A stretch of 64,000 bases of DNA from the NCBI RefSeq assembly GCF_009914755.1, contig NC_060942.1. One strand, given 5' to 3'. The stretch is from the human T2T-CHM13v2.0 reference genome, Homo sapiens. The notes beneath the pieces are model-generated. The model made no database searches, was not told where the DNA came from, and saw only the letters and a list, made by a program, of their open reading frames with translations. The position numbers were made by a program, and so were the translations under genes. Below, piece by piece: positions 1 through 13,855 of the stretch. Within the stretch, counting starts at the first letter, position 1; each line of letters opens with the position of its first letter.

Positions 1-169
1 GTCCCTCCTCTCAGTCTGGCAGGGAGACACACAGGACAGATTCGGAGTGAGAGTTGCCATAGGAATAAGGCAAAGTCCAGTCTCCATTCAGATGAAGAGG
101 GCCAAAGTTGGCCTGGGGGTGTCAGGAAAAACTGCCAAAAGGCTCCAGCTTTTAAACTGAGACACAGCT

Positions 170-703
170 TACAGAATTTTCCCTTTCTAGTTCCCATAAC
201 TGTTCACACCCACTGACTCTTCCAGCCTGGGGTGTTAATGACTCTCCTGTTACTAACCTGGGGTTACTATACTATCTTCCGTGGTCTGCTGCTCCCTCTA
301 CTCCTATCCCAAATTATAGTCTCCTTTTTTTTTTTTTTTGAGACCAAGTCTGGCTCTGTCGCCCAGGCTGGGGTGCAGTGGCGCGATCTCAGCACACTGC
401 AACCTCTGCCTCCTGGGTTCAAGTGATTCTCCTGCCTCAGCCTCCTAAGTAACTAGGACTACAGGCATCTGCCACCATGCCCGGCTAGTTTTTGTATTTT
501 TAGTAGAGATGGAGTTTTGTCCTGCTGGCCAGGCTGGTCTTGAACTCCTGCCCTAAAGTGATCCACCCACCTCAGCTTCCCAAGGTGCTGGGATTACAGG
601 TGTGAGCCACTGCGCTCAGCATTGTAGTCTCTTTCTATATAATCTTTTTTTAACTTATCTCAATCTGAATGTGGCCTCTGTTTCCTTTGGGACATTTACT
701 GAT
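170..703 (+). mobile_element. Degenerate ERVL-type LTR remnant (LTR33-like), split by the Alu at 325-620
   Basis: The 3' end TGTGGCCTCTGTTTCCTTTGGGACATTTACTGATA resembles the LTR33-family terminus (TCTGTTTCCTG..GGGACCCTGACTGATACA). The 5' boundary is a guess. Confidence 0.4.
325..620 (-). mobile_element. AluS-family SINE, full length
   Basis: Poly-T followed by the reverse-complement Alu dimer. Degenerate TSD ATTATAGTCTC (313-323) / ATTGTAGTCTC (621-631). Confidence 0.95.
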
Positions 704-1691
704 AGTTGGTGCCTTTCACCTGGGGACAGGTGCAGCTGCTGGGAGCTGGTAGAGTAAAGGCTGGTGGCATCACCATCGCCTGGGGTAGTTTGCTTATCAC
801 CTGGGTATTGAGATCCAAGGCCACTTCAGGCAGTATCTCCGCAGGTGTCTGGTATAAATGGGGAGAAAACTGGCAGGTGGTAGGTGATAGATGGTAGATG
901 GTGTGTTTATGAGTCAGGTGGAACAAACTCAAGACCTCTAGAAATCATTCGTGAGATGGGATGAAGCCAGAGAAACAGTTTTGTAAAAGTTTTTTTGTGT
1001 ATTTGAAACTTTAAAGCTGACATTTTCTGAGGAACACCCATTACTTCGATGAGAAAATTGAGGGTTCAGTAAGTTATTAATTCACCCATTTAGTCATTCG
1101 TTCAGAAAATACTGAGGGCATATTATGTACCGGGCACTGTATTGGGCATAGAGTGAATGAAACAAACAAAAACACTCATGGGGTCATATGTGAACCCAAG
1201 TCAGTCTGCCTCTCAACATAGAGTTCTTTCCACTGTCTCAAACTGTCTTCTATTAAACATTTGATAAATCTCATTTTTCCAAAACTTGACATGAAGGACT
1301 CACTCCTCTGCCATTTCCTGGAACCATGGGCTGCTTTTGCACCTTTTCTTCTAGATGTGCACTTTCCGCTAAGCTTGGCAGGATCTCCAAACTCCTAAAC
1401 TCTGTGTCCTGGTAAGTCATCACCAGGACTAAACAAACATTAATGTTGGTGCTTATTACTGAGCCGTTGGGTCTATTTTTAAGAACACAAAGAATGAAAA
1501 GATTAGCTGCCTACAAGCTCCCCCATCTGTTCAAATGGAAAAACTTCACAGAGCCCTAGGGTGCTGGGCAGCGCAGATTCCAGCTTCTGTTTTTAAGGAG
1601 TATTAAAAAAAAAAAAAAAAGGAAACAATTATTTCAGTGTCTCTACAAATGAAAACATCTATTTCAACTCAAAGAATATTTTGTAAAAGTA

Positions 1692-1955
1692 GAATGTAGT
1701 GAGTAAGATCACAAACTTGGGTGTCAGTGAGACTGGGTTCCAGGACTAATTCTTCATTTTAGTAGCCATGTGACTTCAGGCAATTCAATTTCCTTAGCAT
1801 CCGTAAACCTTGATTTAGCCTTCTAAAATGGAGATTATCAGAGACAATCCCTACCTCTTGAGGTTTTCATGAGGACTAAACGATATCATGCACGTTTCAT
1901 ACTTAGAGTAGTGCAGGTCACATAGTAAGTGCTCAATAAATATAGTCACTACTGT
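1692..1955 (+). mobile_element. MIR SINE
   Basis: Core GACTGGGTTC...TGTGACTTCAGGCAA...TAAAATGGAG and 3' end CACATAGTAAGTGCTCAATAAAT. Confidence 0.8.
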
Positions 1956-3524
1956 TATATGCATTATCTCTTTCACTTAACACAACCTTAAGAAGGAAAG
2001 AAAAAGTGATTATGTAATCTAAATATTTGTAGCCAGGGAAGCAAATAGTTCTTCTTATAGTTTCATAAGAAGAGCATTTTTGATTAATTTAAAGGAAAAC
2101 CACAGACATTTAAAATAAAAAATAGAAGCAGAACGCTGATGTGGCTAACACAAGTTGGACAACATTTATTAACGTTCTAATGCTTTATAAAAATTGGAGA
2201 CCAAATAGAAATCCATATAATTTCCTTTATTTTATTGCTCATATCTAACTTAGCCACTAAGAAATTAGTGCAATACTTTATGGATGTTTTCAGAGGCAGC
2301 TCTTATAATTTTCAGTTGACGACCTTAACAAGGTATTGGTTACATGAAATGTATGTTCATTCTCAACCGCCCACCTGTTTTATTATTTCTCTCCAGAAAC
2401 AAATATTTTTCTGGACTTCAAACAAATAGGACTTCAAATTCCTATTTCCCATTTAGTGCATGTTACTTATATCTGCTGCTTTATTTTTCTTGATGTATTT
2501 ACAATAAGTGAGAAAATCAGATCTAGGCCCAGCTTACAGTTATGGAAGTTCTAGTGTTCTTCAGGGCAGAGCTTCTCAGGCAGCAGACTGTGGGCCGTAA
2601 ACAGGTATGCCTCTGTATTTGCCCCCTGGCTTCTGGGTCTACCAGTCAGGGCCTGGGCCAGCCCAAATCTCTAAGCTCATTGCCTTCCCACCTCCAGCAG
2701 AGCAGTCTTGTCCACTGTGTGTGCTACACAAATACCACCTTCTTCCATGTGTGCTGTGATGTGGGAAAGGATGGAAAACACTTTCTTGGAGAAGGAGGAG
2801 CTTTGAGCTGTGCCCTTCCAGAACAAGACTAAAGGAAATGTGCAGGATTGACCCTGTGTTTCAGAGTACAGCAGAAGAAGAGAGCATGAAGCAAACAGGA
2901 TGAGGAAGAGGTGACATGAGGGACAAATGCACAGGGAAAGGAGCGAAGATGGGAGGTCTTTCTGCCTAGTGGTCAGAAGGAAGGTCAGATGGCGATGGCA
3001 GGAGCCTTAGACTAGAAAATAAGAGGGTTTCCTCTGCTTTAATGTCCAGAATCGTGATTTATTTCTTTCCTTCATTATTTGTAGTTGTCCAAAGTGATGA
3101 AATTCTTGGGAAGCTATTATGAAAACTATTTACAACTGAATGCATTCCCAATTACAAGCATTGGACCAGCATTTTTTGGGTTTAGAATTTGAGCCGACTG
3201 TGAATGGATTATGAGACTCATGTGAGTGTCCCCTGGCTGGTGGGTCATGGCCCGAAGCTGCACTGTGCGGCCTGCAATGTGTTTCATAAAAATACTCAAC
3301 TGAGGTAGCAAGTACTTGTGCTGGTGGCAGTGTTATTTCCACTTGCAGGAGCAGTGTAGCTCCATAGCAGTGCCATCAGTTTATAACTATGTGAAGATTT
3401 GTGTATGAGAACCTCAGTGAACTGACAACACATTACTGATTTACTCCAGTAATGTCCTGTGCTTTTTATAGATTAGAACCCCTGGGAAGCAGGCCATCTG
3501 GCTTGCCCTTTAGTTTGACCTGGC

Positions 3525-3735
3525 CTGTAGCATGGGTTTTGGAATTCACAGACCTAAGTTCAAGTCTGAGCGCTACCACCATTAGCTGAGCAACACTGGG
3601 CAACTTATTTAACATCTCTAAGCCACTGATTGCAAATCAGAGAGATGTGATAACAATAAAATTTACTGCATGGTATTGCTATGAAGACTAAATGAATAAT
3701 GTGTGCCATGTATCTAGAAGAGCTTAACACATGTT
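3525..3735 (+). mobile_element. MIR SINE
   Basis: CAGACCTAAGTTCAAGTCTG...TGGGCAACTTATTTAACATCTCTAAGCC...ACTAAATGAATAATG. Confidence 0.7.
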
Positions 3736-5698
3736 CACTCTCCTCTTCACTCCTGCAGCAACAGCAAAAATCATCTGTCGAGTTAAGGGTAAGAAGATCT
3801 TATACTAGTAGCATCAGATGCTGAATAAACTCACAGAGATCAGAGCCTCATGGTCAACTGGTAGGCCTAGTGAGGGACTCAGGAAGAAAACATCTCATAG
3901 GAGGACAAGAAAGGGTGTCAAAGAAGTAGACATTGAGGAAACAAAAAAACCCTTTGGAACCCTGACTACCATCCAGTGAGACAAGATTGACAATTAAAAC
4001 AGAATAGACATAATATGATCCATGCCTCAGTTCCTATGCCTAATGTTGCACAGTTTGGCAAAAAGTAAATAGTTTATTCATAATGCTGCTTTTAATTTTC
4101 CCAACTAATTGTTTTTATTTCTTTCTAAAGTGTCTGGCAATCCCAATTGATAGACTCAATTGATCATTTAGTGTAGAAAGGGTAAGTTAGGAAAATCCAA
4201 TCTTGACAACTTTTAATGATTTTTCTGATGTATTAAAAAGGTGGGACACTATAAAACTATGCTTTATATGACAGCTCTTTTAAAAAATCAAGTACAAAGT
4301 ATAATTGAAAATATTCTTTCATTTTTCTAAAGAAATCTCTTTTAAATTCTTAGAAAAGATCAGGCACAGCAAAAGCGAGTTAAAGCCTTAAAAATATGTT
4401 ATTGGTGTCTTAGACCCCAAAGCAGAAATATACACTCATTTTAAGTTGCAAGAATAATAATCTAGATCTTTGGGGATTTTAAAAATTTCATCTCTTTGCC
4501 TTAAATGATTTTGAAACAAGGCATGAATATAAATAATACATATAGTACTTCTGGATTTAAACGTCTTTGATGAAATGATGATACTGGCTTGGAATCTCTC
4601 TCTCTTACTACACACACGTTCATGTGTGCACTTGTATGTGTACCTGTGACATAGCTGTTTAGAATGGTTGGACCTTCAGATGGATTGGCCACAGACCTTT
4701 CTGTCATGACACAGCCTTGCCAGTCATTCTTTCAGCTTCCTAGCTCCCCTGGCAGTGGTGGAGAAGATCCCAAGTTGTTATCAACTGAACAAGTGAAGGA
4801 AAGTTGGTTATTTTAAGGCACATGAATTATTTTAGGATTTCTGGTTGTCCCTGGCTAAGTTTTTGATGATTACTGGAGATAAGAAAACAATACTTAATTA
4901 TTACTTTCTTTAAAAAAAAAAAAAAAAAAAGCTCTTGCAGAGTTTCAGAAGATTCTGGAAATTGACATGATTTCCTAATGTTCCAGTTGGTAGATATCTC
5001 GGGTTGGCCTGGGGACTTGTCATTTCAGTCTCAGGCAGACACTACAGATACGCTTTTTGGGGGATGGGTCAAAAGGAGAGTGTGACTGAAACACTGAGGG
5101 CTTTATTCTTCCTTTTGTGAATTCTAACACTAATCATATTCATCATGAAAGACGTTTCCAATACTGAGAGAGTGTAAGGCAAAAATCAAAAGGGTCACTT
5201 CACCCTTAGTCACACCCCCTATGTCTTTAAAAGCAAGAAGACAAATACAAAAATCCTTGTATATGCAATGAAAGCTTTCTGAATGCTATGTAGGAAGCTG
5301 CTTATATAAGGGACTGCTTATCTAACATTCTGAAAGTTTATGTTGCATTTACAGGGATATTTATATTTGTCTTTTTGCTTTTTACACGTGTAGTAGGGCC
5401 ATGGTGTAGATGCTCTTCAGCTACTTGTTTTTTGCTTTTGTATATTACAATATACCTGTATATTGTAAACACCTTTTTGTTGGTCCCTATAGATCTACCT
5501 CATTGTTTTCAATAACTGCATTGTATTCTACTGAATAGAAGTCCTATAATTTTGTGGGCAGATAACTATTGTATGTGTTTAGAAATTTCTTATTACAAGC
5601 AATTTGTCAATGAAACTTCTTGTAATCTTTGTGTACTCATGCAAGTATATTCTATCGGTTAAATTCTTAGAAGTGGAATTATGTGGCCAAAAGGTGTG

Positions 5699-6248
5699 TG
5701 TGATGGTTAATATTGTGTCAACTTGATTGGATTGAAGGATGCAAAGTATTGTTGTTCCTGGGTGTGTCTGTGAGGTGTTGCCAAAGGAGATTAACATTTG
5801 AATCAGTGGACTGGGAAGGGTAGACCCACCCTCAATCTGGGTGGACACAATCTAATCAGCTGCCAGTGCGGCCAGAATAAAAGCAGGCAGAAGAAGGTGG
5901 AAAGACTAGACTGGCTAAGTTTTCTGGCCTCCATCTTTCTCCCATACTGGATGCTTCCTGCCCTCGAACATCAGACTCCAAGTTCTTCAGCTTTGGACTC
6001 TTGGACTTACATCAGTGATTTGCCAGGGGCTCTCAGGCCTTCGGCCGCAGACTGAAGGCTGCACTATTGGCTTCCCTGCTTTCGAGCTTTGGGGACTTTG
6101 GATCTGGCTTCCTGGCTCCTCACCTTGCAGACGGCCTATTGTGGGACTTCACCTTGTGGTCCTGTGACTCAATTCTTCTAATAAACTTTCCTTCGTATAT
6201 GCATCTATCCCATTTGTTCTATCCCTCCAGAGAACCCTGACTAATACA
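5699..6248 (+). mobile_element. MLT2A solo LTR (ERVL)
   Basis: Starts TGTGATGGTTAATATTGTGTCAACTTGATTGGATTGAAGGATGC and ends AGAACCCTGACTAATACA. 5-bp TSD GTGTG/GTATG. Confidence 0.92.
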
Positions 6249-6937
6249 GTATGGAAATTGAAATTTTTGGTTGTTATTGCTACATGACCAAAAAAGATAT
6301 ATTATATAAGTAATATATATTTACACTCCCACCAACAATTTATGAGAGTTTGTTATTTCACCCACATCCTCTAGGCTTTAGCATTGTCAGACTTTGAAAC
6401 TGTTGGCATTGCTATCTCATGTTTTTAACCAACGTTTAAAAAAATCATGAGTGAGGTCGGTGCTTTTATGTTTACTAACCATTGGTGTTTATTTTTCTAC
6501 AGCTTGTCCATTTTCCACACATCTACTTTTTATTTATAATAGTTTTGTTGCACTTTAAAGAAATTAGATACCTGTGTGCCAAATTCTAAATAAGTTTTAA
6601 GTCTGCTGTCTTTTGAAGTCATGAAAATTTGTTTGCATGTGTGTGGATGTCTTTAATATGTATATATTCATTAAATATTCTACAATGGTGCATGCATTTC
6701 ATACCATTTTTAGAAAGGCTTTTCTCAATCCACAGCTGTTTTTTAAAAATGAGCTATTTTCTTCTATGACTTTTACAATTATTTTGATGATTTCTTACCT
6801 TATGGTTAAAAATTTGACACATTTGAAATTTATTTTGGTTTAATGTTTGAGGAAAGGATCCAGATATGTTTTTCTTCCAGGTGGCTGGTCAGTTTTGCTC
6901 AAAATGTTGATTGAAACATCTATCTTTCTTCTACTGA

Positions 6938-7332
<395 letters not shown>

Positions 7333-7391
7333 ACGAATTTATGCAGTCTTATATTTTAATACTCTTTACTAGCTAGTCTTCCTTTTTTGAT

Positions 7392-7436
<45 letters not shown>
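7392..7436. repeat. (TC)n(TG)n compound microsatellite
   Basis: Read directly from the sequence. Confidence 0.95.
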
Positions 7437-7438
<2 letters not shown>

Positions 7439-7519
7439 AGCCCTAATAATAAAAGGATAGAAGTCTCTATACAGGTTGAAGGTGACCTTGGGTTGTGAGT
7501 ATATATTTGGCAATTAAGC

Positions 7520-7835
7520 TCCCAGATAAAGATGAGTTTATTCCACAAAATAGTTCTTGAAAACCGACCGGGCTAGGCACTCTCCTGGGCTCTGCGCACA
7601 CAGCAATGAATAAGGAAGAAAAGGTTCCTGTTCTTGCTGAGCTTACATTAGAGAGTTGGGGAGGAGCATACAAACAATTAGCAAATAAGCAAATGTATAC
7701 GGTCTTATTGTGCCATGAAGTGAAATGAAGAAGATAAATTAGGGTGATGAGCTAGAGAGTGAGGGAGGAGGGAGGTATTTTAGATAAGTTATTTGGGGAA
7801 GATTTTCTGAGTGACATTTGAGCGTAGCCTTAAGT
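7520..7835 (-). mobile_element. L2 LINE 3' fragment
   Basis: GCTAGGCACTCTCCTGGGCTCTG...GGTTCCTGTTCTTGCTGAGCTTACATT...TTCTGAGTGACATTTGAGC. Confidence 0.7.
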
Positions 7836-8384
7836 TAAGCTTCAGTTTATCGTATCTAATTTCTTTCTAAATAGTTTGATCTTGATACTTTAGTGTCTAA
7901 AATAGAATTTGTTATATTTCCCTTAAAATCTGTTCCCCTCTGATCTTCACCATTTTGGTCAGTGTTATCATTACATTTCTTGGTCATCCAGACCCTGAAA
8001 TTTTGGGGCCATTTACTTCTTTGTTTCCTTTCCCACATGACCCATTGGTAGGTCCAGAGCACCTTCTCCAGGGCGTCTCCAGCATGTTTCTTCCTTGGCC
8101 ATTACCATGGTTGGGTGCCTAAAATTGCCCACAGTGAGATTATCATGTCTGCCTCTAAACCAGTGTCTCTGCCTCCAGTGTCTCCCACTTTCAACCCAGA
8201 CTCACCCTGCTGTGATGTTAAGCTTCTAAAATACAGATTTCTGATCAAAATCTTTGAGCTGCAAATGGAAAGTATTTTTGCTTATAGAATGACATTAGAC
8301 TGCTTTATTTCAGATTCAAGATCTTGCAAAATCTGAGATCTGCTCAACTCTCAACTCTTCTTTCCAAATGAATGCTTCCTATCT

Positions 8385-8860
<476 letters not shown>

Positions 8861-9471
8861 ATCACTGCAATCAAAGAAATCTGGCCTCTACCCATGGTGA
8901 TATATGTTACCTTCTAATGTTTCAAGATCTATTCCTGCTTGTGTGTGATTGAATGTTGTTCCTTCTGGCAGAAATCTTTTCTCAGCTCTATTTTTGCTTG
9001 TCTATGTCCTCAAGGCCCAGCTCAGGTAGCCTCCTATCCCCTTCTCTCACCAGCCTCATCCTCATTAGTGGCTTCCACCCCTGAACTCTCAGGACAGTTT
9101 TAGGATGTATCACCCACTACTACACAGTGGAGCAGATGATTCTGAGCACATCTTCTGTTTCTGCAACTAGATTGCAAACTACCTTAAGGTAGACACAGTG
9201 GCTTATTCCTCTGGGGCCCTAAGAAAGACCTAACTTGCATAGTAGGTACTTAATGTTGATTGTTGACCATGTCAGTCATAGAACACTCACTCAATGGAAT
9301 AAAGCTGGTGTCTAGATATTGGTGACAACTTTAGCACATTTAAATTTAAAGTATGCTGTGTAAAAATTTCAGAATAAAGACAGAGAAATTCACTCAACAA
9401 ACACTTATGGAGCATATGCTGTGCACCTGGCATTGTTGTCAGTACTCAGGAGGCATTCCTGAACATGTGAG

Positions 9472-9835
9472 ACATAGTCAGAATAGACTAGGTTGTGTTG
9501 CAATAACAAACAATTGCCAAGTCACAGTGGCTTAAAAGGAAAGGTTTATTCATTTATCATACTCTATGTCCTTTGATGGCTGCCAGGGGAATAATGTTCG
9601 AATTAATCACTCAGGGAGCAAGCCCAGTGGAGCAGCTTCCATCTAGAAAGGTGCAGATGCTGTGTCAGAGGGAGGAATGGACGTGGCAGATGTGCTGGCT
9701 GCAAAGAGCTCTGCCCGCAGCAGCAGCACGCATCCCTTCTGCTCACTTTCTATTGGCCAAAGCAAGTCACACAGCCACGCCCAGCTCGGGGGGCGGGCAG
9801 GGAAATCCACTCCTCCACTAGACCTGGAAGGACAG
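9472..9835 (-). mobile_element. MLT1J/K-type MaLR LTR
   Basis: TAGTCAGAATAGACTAGGTTGTGTTGCAATAACAAAC...CTGCTCACTTTCTATTGGCCAAAGCAAGTCACACAGCC. Confidence 0.75.
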
Positions 9836-9993
9836 AGCGCCCATGGCTATGGATAGCTCCCACGGCTATGGATAGCTCCCACGACTCCCCACAGACAAAG
9901 ATTTCTGCCTGGTGGAGCTTATTCCAGTCTCTGAAGGGGAACACAGACAATAAGTAATAGACACGATAGGTAAGTAAATGGTAGAACATGTTA

Positions 9994-10497
<504 letters not shown>

Positions 10498-10934
10498 CTA
10501 GACAGAGGGAGCAGGAGCGCAAAAGCCCTAAAGGGAGAGAGAGCATGGCCGTGTGTTTAGGCAGCAAGGAAGCCAGTGTGGTGGAGCAGATGGGGACCGA
10601 CAGAGTTTGGGGCATGAGGCCTTGGGGATTCCACCTTTTCCTGCGAATGGTACAAGGAGCCGTGTCAGAATTGGAGGCAGAAAAATAACCCGATTTCACT
10701 AACTTGATAAAGGATCTGTGTTGGGAATGGACTCTGGGAGGGTAAAGATGGAGGCAGGGGGCGGCGGCGAGCAAGACAGTGATCCAGATGAGAGCTGAGG
10801 CGGCTCACCCGGGGATGGCGCTTTTCCTTGCCACGGGCTCTGATACCAGATTTCCTTTCAAGTGTGTGTTTTAAAATGCAGTTTTGGCTTCCAACACTGC
10901 GTGGCACTAAGAATGAAATCCAGTTTCTTCCCAC

Positions 10935-11400
10935 GACCCAGAAGACGGCCGAGCTTCACCCTCTGGCTTCACCCCCTGGCACCCCGCTCCTCGTTTACTG
11001 AAGCCAGCTACACTGGCCTCCTTTTGGTCACTTGATTACAACAAATTCTTCCAGCCTCGCGGACATTCCCTTTACCTAGAACATGTTCTCTCCTTTTTCA
11101 TGTCTTAGCTCAAATGTCTCCCGTTGGAGAGGCTTTCCCTGACCTCAAGGAGGCCTCTCCTGTTTATCGTTGGTCTCACCACTCCCTGTATTTCCTTCAT
11201 GGTGGTTACTGCAGTCTGCAGTCCTATAGTTTACCTAATTCCTTTTCAATGGTCTATTTCTTACTGCTAGAACGTAAGCTCCATAATCAGACAGCTGGGA
11301 TTGGCTGTGTCTTGTTCTGTGTGGAAATTCCAGTGTCTAGAGTGGTACCTGGCAGAATTAGGCACACAACAAGTGTGTGCATGAAAAAAATGAATGAGTC
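10935..11400 (+). mobile_element. L2 LINE 3' end
   Basis: CACTGGCCTCC...TCTTAGCTCAAATGTC...GCTAGAACGTAAGCTCCAT...GTGGTACCTGGCA...ATGAATGA. Confidence 0.8.
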
Positions 11401-11511
11401 AAGAGTCCCATGGGATGAGAAGGCATCAAGGAGGCGAAGGTGCGGAACAGTGCGTAGAAGGCCCCGGGTTCAAGTAGTCTCATAAAAGCTGGAGAAGGTG
11501 TTGCTTTAGAT

Positions 11512-11727
11512 CAAGCTTATCCAACCTGCGGCCTGCAGGCGGCATGCGGCCCAGAATGGCGTTGAATGTGGCCGAACACAAATTTGTAAACTTTCTTAAA
11601 ACATGACATTATGTTTTTTTGCAATTTTTAAAAGCGTATCTGCTATTGTTAGTGTATTTTACGTGTGGCTCAAGATAATACTTTTTCTTCCAATGTGGTC
11701 CAAGGAAGTCAAAAGACTGGACACCCC
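11512..11727 (-). mobile_element. MER30 hAT DNA transposon fossil
   Basis: CAAGCTTATCCAACCTGCGGCC...GCGGCCCAG...CACAAATTTGTAAACTTTCTTAAAACA...AAAAGACTGGACACCCC. 8-bp TSD-like CTTTAGAT/CTTTAAAT. Confidence 0.85.
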
Positions 11728-12693
11728 TTTAAATGGGAAAGTGTTTTTTGAACCCAAAAGTGGGTGCCGTCACTCTGAGCATGCTGGGCCCTTATATTCT
11801 AATGACCTGGTTTTTGTATCTGTTTCCCCCACCAGGGGCTATGTGCTATTCTTCCTTTTAACCTTGGTGCCTACGGGCTCAAGGAATATTTTATTGCACC
11901 AAACTATACTGACTGCTCTTGTGTTCAGACTCTCATGCTGAGCTCTCTAATTAGATCCTCATTAAAAATAAAATCTTATCATGAATCTTGTAGGGCCTTC
12001 ATGGACAAAAAAATTGTGCATGCCTGCCATGATATTTTGGACACACTGAGATGTTTTTAATCAAGCCACCATCTGGGCCATACATTTTGGTGACTCCATT
12101 TTATTGTGTTCCATCAATTCATGGCAGCCTCACACAATCTGAAGTATGGCATTTGAACTATGACCTATAACAACTCAGGGAGATGCCTATTTCCTTCCTG
12201 AAGTTTTAAGATCCAATGCAACTTGAAATGAAAGAAATAAGGGACTAATAAGATGAAAAGCAGTCTTCAGGAGTGGACAGTGGACACAGGCAGGCATGGC
12301 AAAGATGGTTAACTAGGTGAAAAACTGCGAGTAACCAAAAGAGGTGAATGCAACACTTTCTCTAGTCACTATCAGTGTTCCAACACAGGTGGAATCCTGA
12401 AAAGAACAGCAAACATTTTGGATGGTGGAAGTATGAAAAATGTGGGAAAGGAAGAGGGAAGAGAAGAATAAGATATGAAGTATGTTTTCTGTATTTTATA
12501 ACTGCTGTTGAATTGATTTCTTCTGAAACCCTATCAGTGACTTTAGCTTTAGGTTATAATTTTGTTTCCAATTTAAAAATTAGTTTCCTTATATTTGCAT
12601 GGTGCCTGGCAGCTTTCAGATTCTTCCATCATCCATGATCTCATCCGGTCCTCCCAACAAGCATATAGTAGGCAGAGCAGGCATACTTATTTT

Positions 12694-13005
<312 letters not shown>

Positions 13006-13304
13006 CAGGCGTACTTATTTTCATTTCACAAATGAGGAAAGAGAGGCTTGGGGCTCTAGGCACCTTGCTCCAGGCCAGAGAGCTGTTACGCGGCAGAGCT
13101 GCAAGCATGGGTCTTTTGATAACACACCTACTGTGTCCTGCTAACCTTACTTTGTTGTTTAAATCTACTGTTTTATTAGATAAGGTTCTCCTGAGCCAAG
13201 ATTTCAGTTGCAAGTGATGTAGTGATCAATTGCTTCCAGGAGAAGCCAGTGAGGGTGGGGGGAAGAGACATAGGGAACAGGAAGGAGCCCACACTCAGCC
13301 TGAC

Positions 13305-13740
13305 TTTCCTTTTTACTTGTATAAATGTATGGCATACAAGTATAATTTTGTTACATGCAGAAATTGTGCAGTAGTGATGTCAGGGATTTTAGGGTATACA
13401 TCACCCAAATAATGTACAGTGTACTCCTTACATAATACCTCATTGTCTGGCCCCTCCCACTGCCCCCACCACTCCGAGTCTCCATTGTCCATCATTACAC
13501 ACTCTAAGTCCATGTGCACACATTATTTAGCTCCCACTTATAAGTGAGAACATGCAGTATTTGTCTTTCTATGTCTGACTTATTTCACTTAAAATAATGG
13601 CATTCAGTTTCATCCACATTGCTTCAAAGGACATGATCTTATTCTTTTTAATGGCTGAACAGTATTCCAATGTATGTGTGTATATATATATATATATATA
13701 AATATATGTATATATGTGTGTGTATATATATGTGTATATA

Positions 13741-13795
<55 letters not shown>

Positions 13796-13855
13796 CATTT
13801 TCTTTATCTTATTCATTGATGGACACTTGGGTTGATTCTACATTTTTGCTATAGT
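13305..13855 (-). mobile_element. L1PB-type 3' end, 5'-truncated
   Basis: CATTATTTAGCTCCCACTTATAAGTGAGAACATGCAGTATTTG. TSD TCAGCCTGACTTT / TCAACCTGATTTT. Confidence 0.88.
13671..13794. repeat. (TA)n/(TG)n compound microsatellite inside the L1PB
   Basis: Read directly from the sequence. Confidence 0.95.

Noticed and set aside
3301-3340. let-7-like start (TGAGGTAGCAAGTACTTGTGCTG) immediately followed by a miR-34/449-like TGGCAGTGT
   Set aside because: The let-7i match needs insertions, and I see no complementary 3' arm to form a pre-miRNA hairpin. Most likely a seed-length coincidence.
13610-13816. ORF with YIYI/HTHT repeats
   Set aside because: It is a translation of the TA/TG microsatellite inside an L1.
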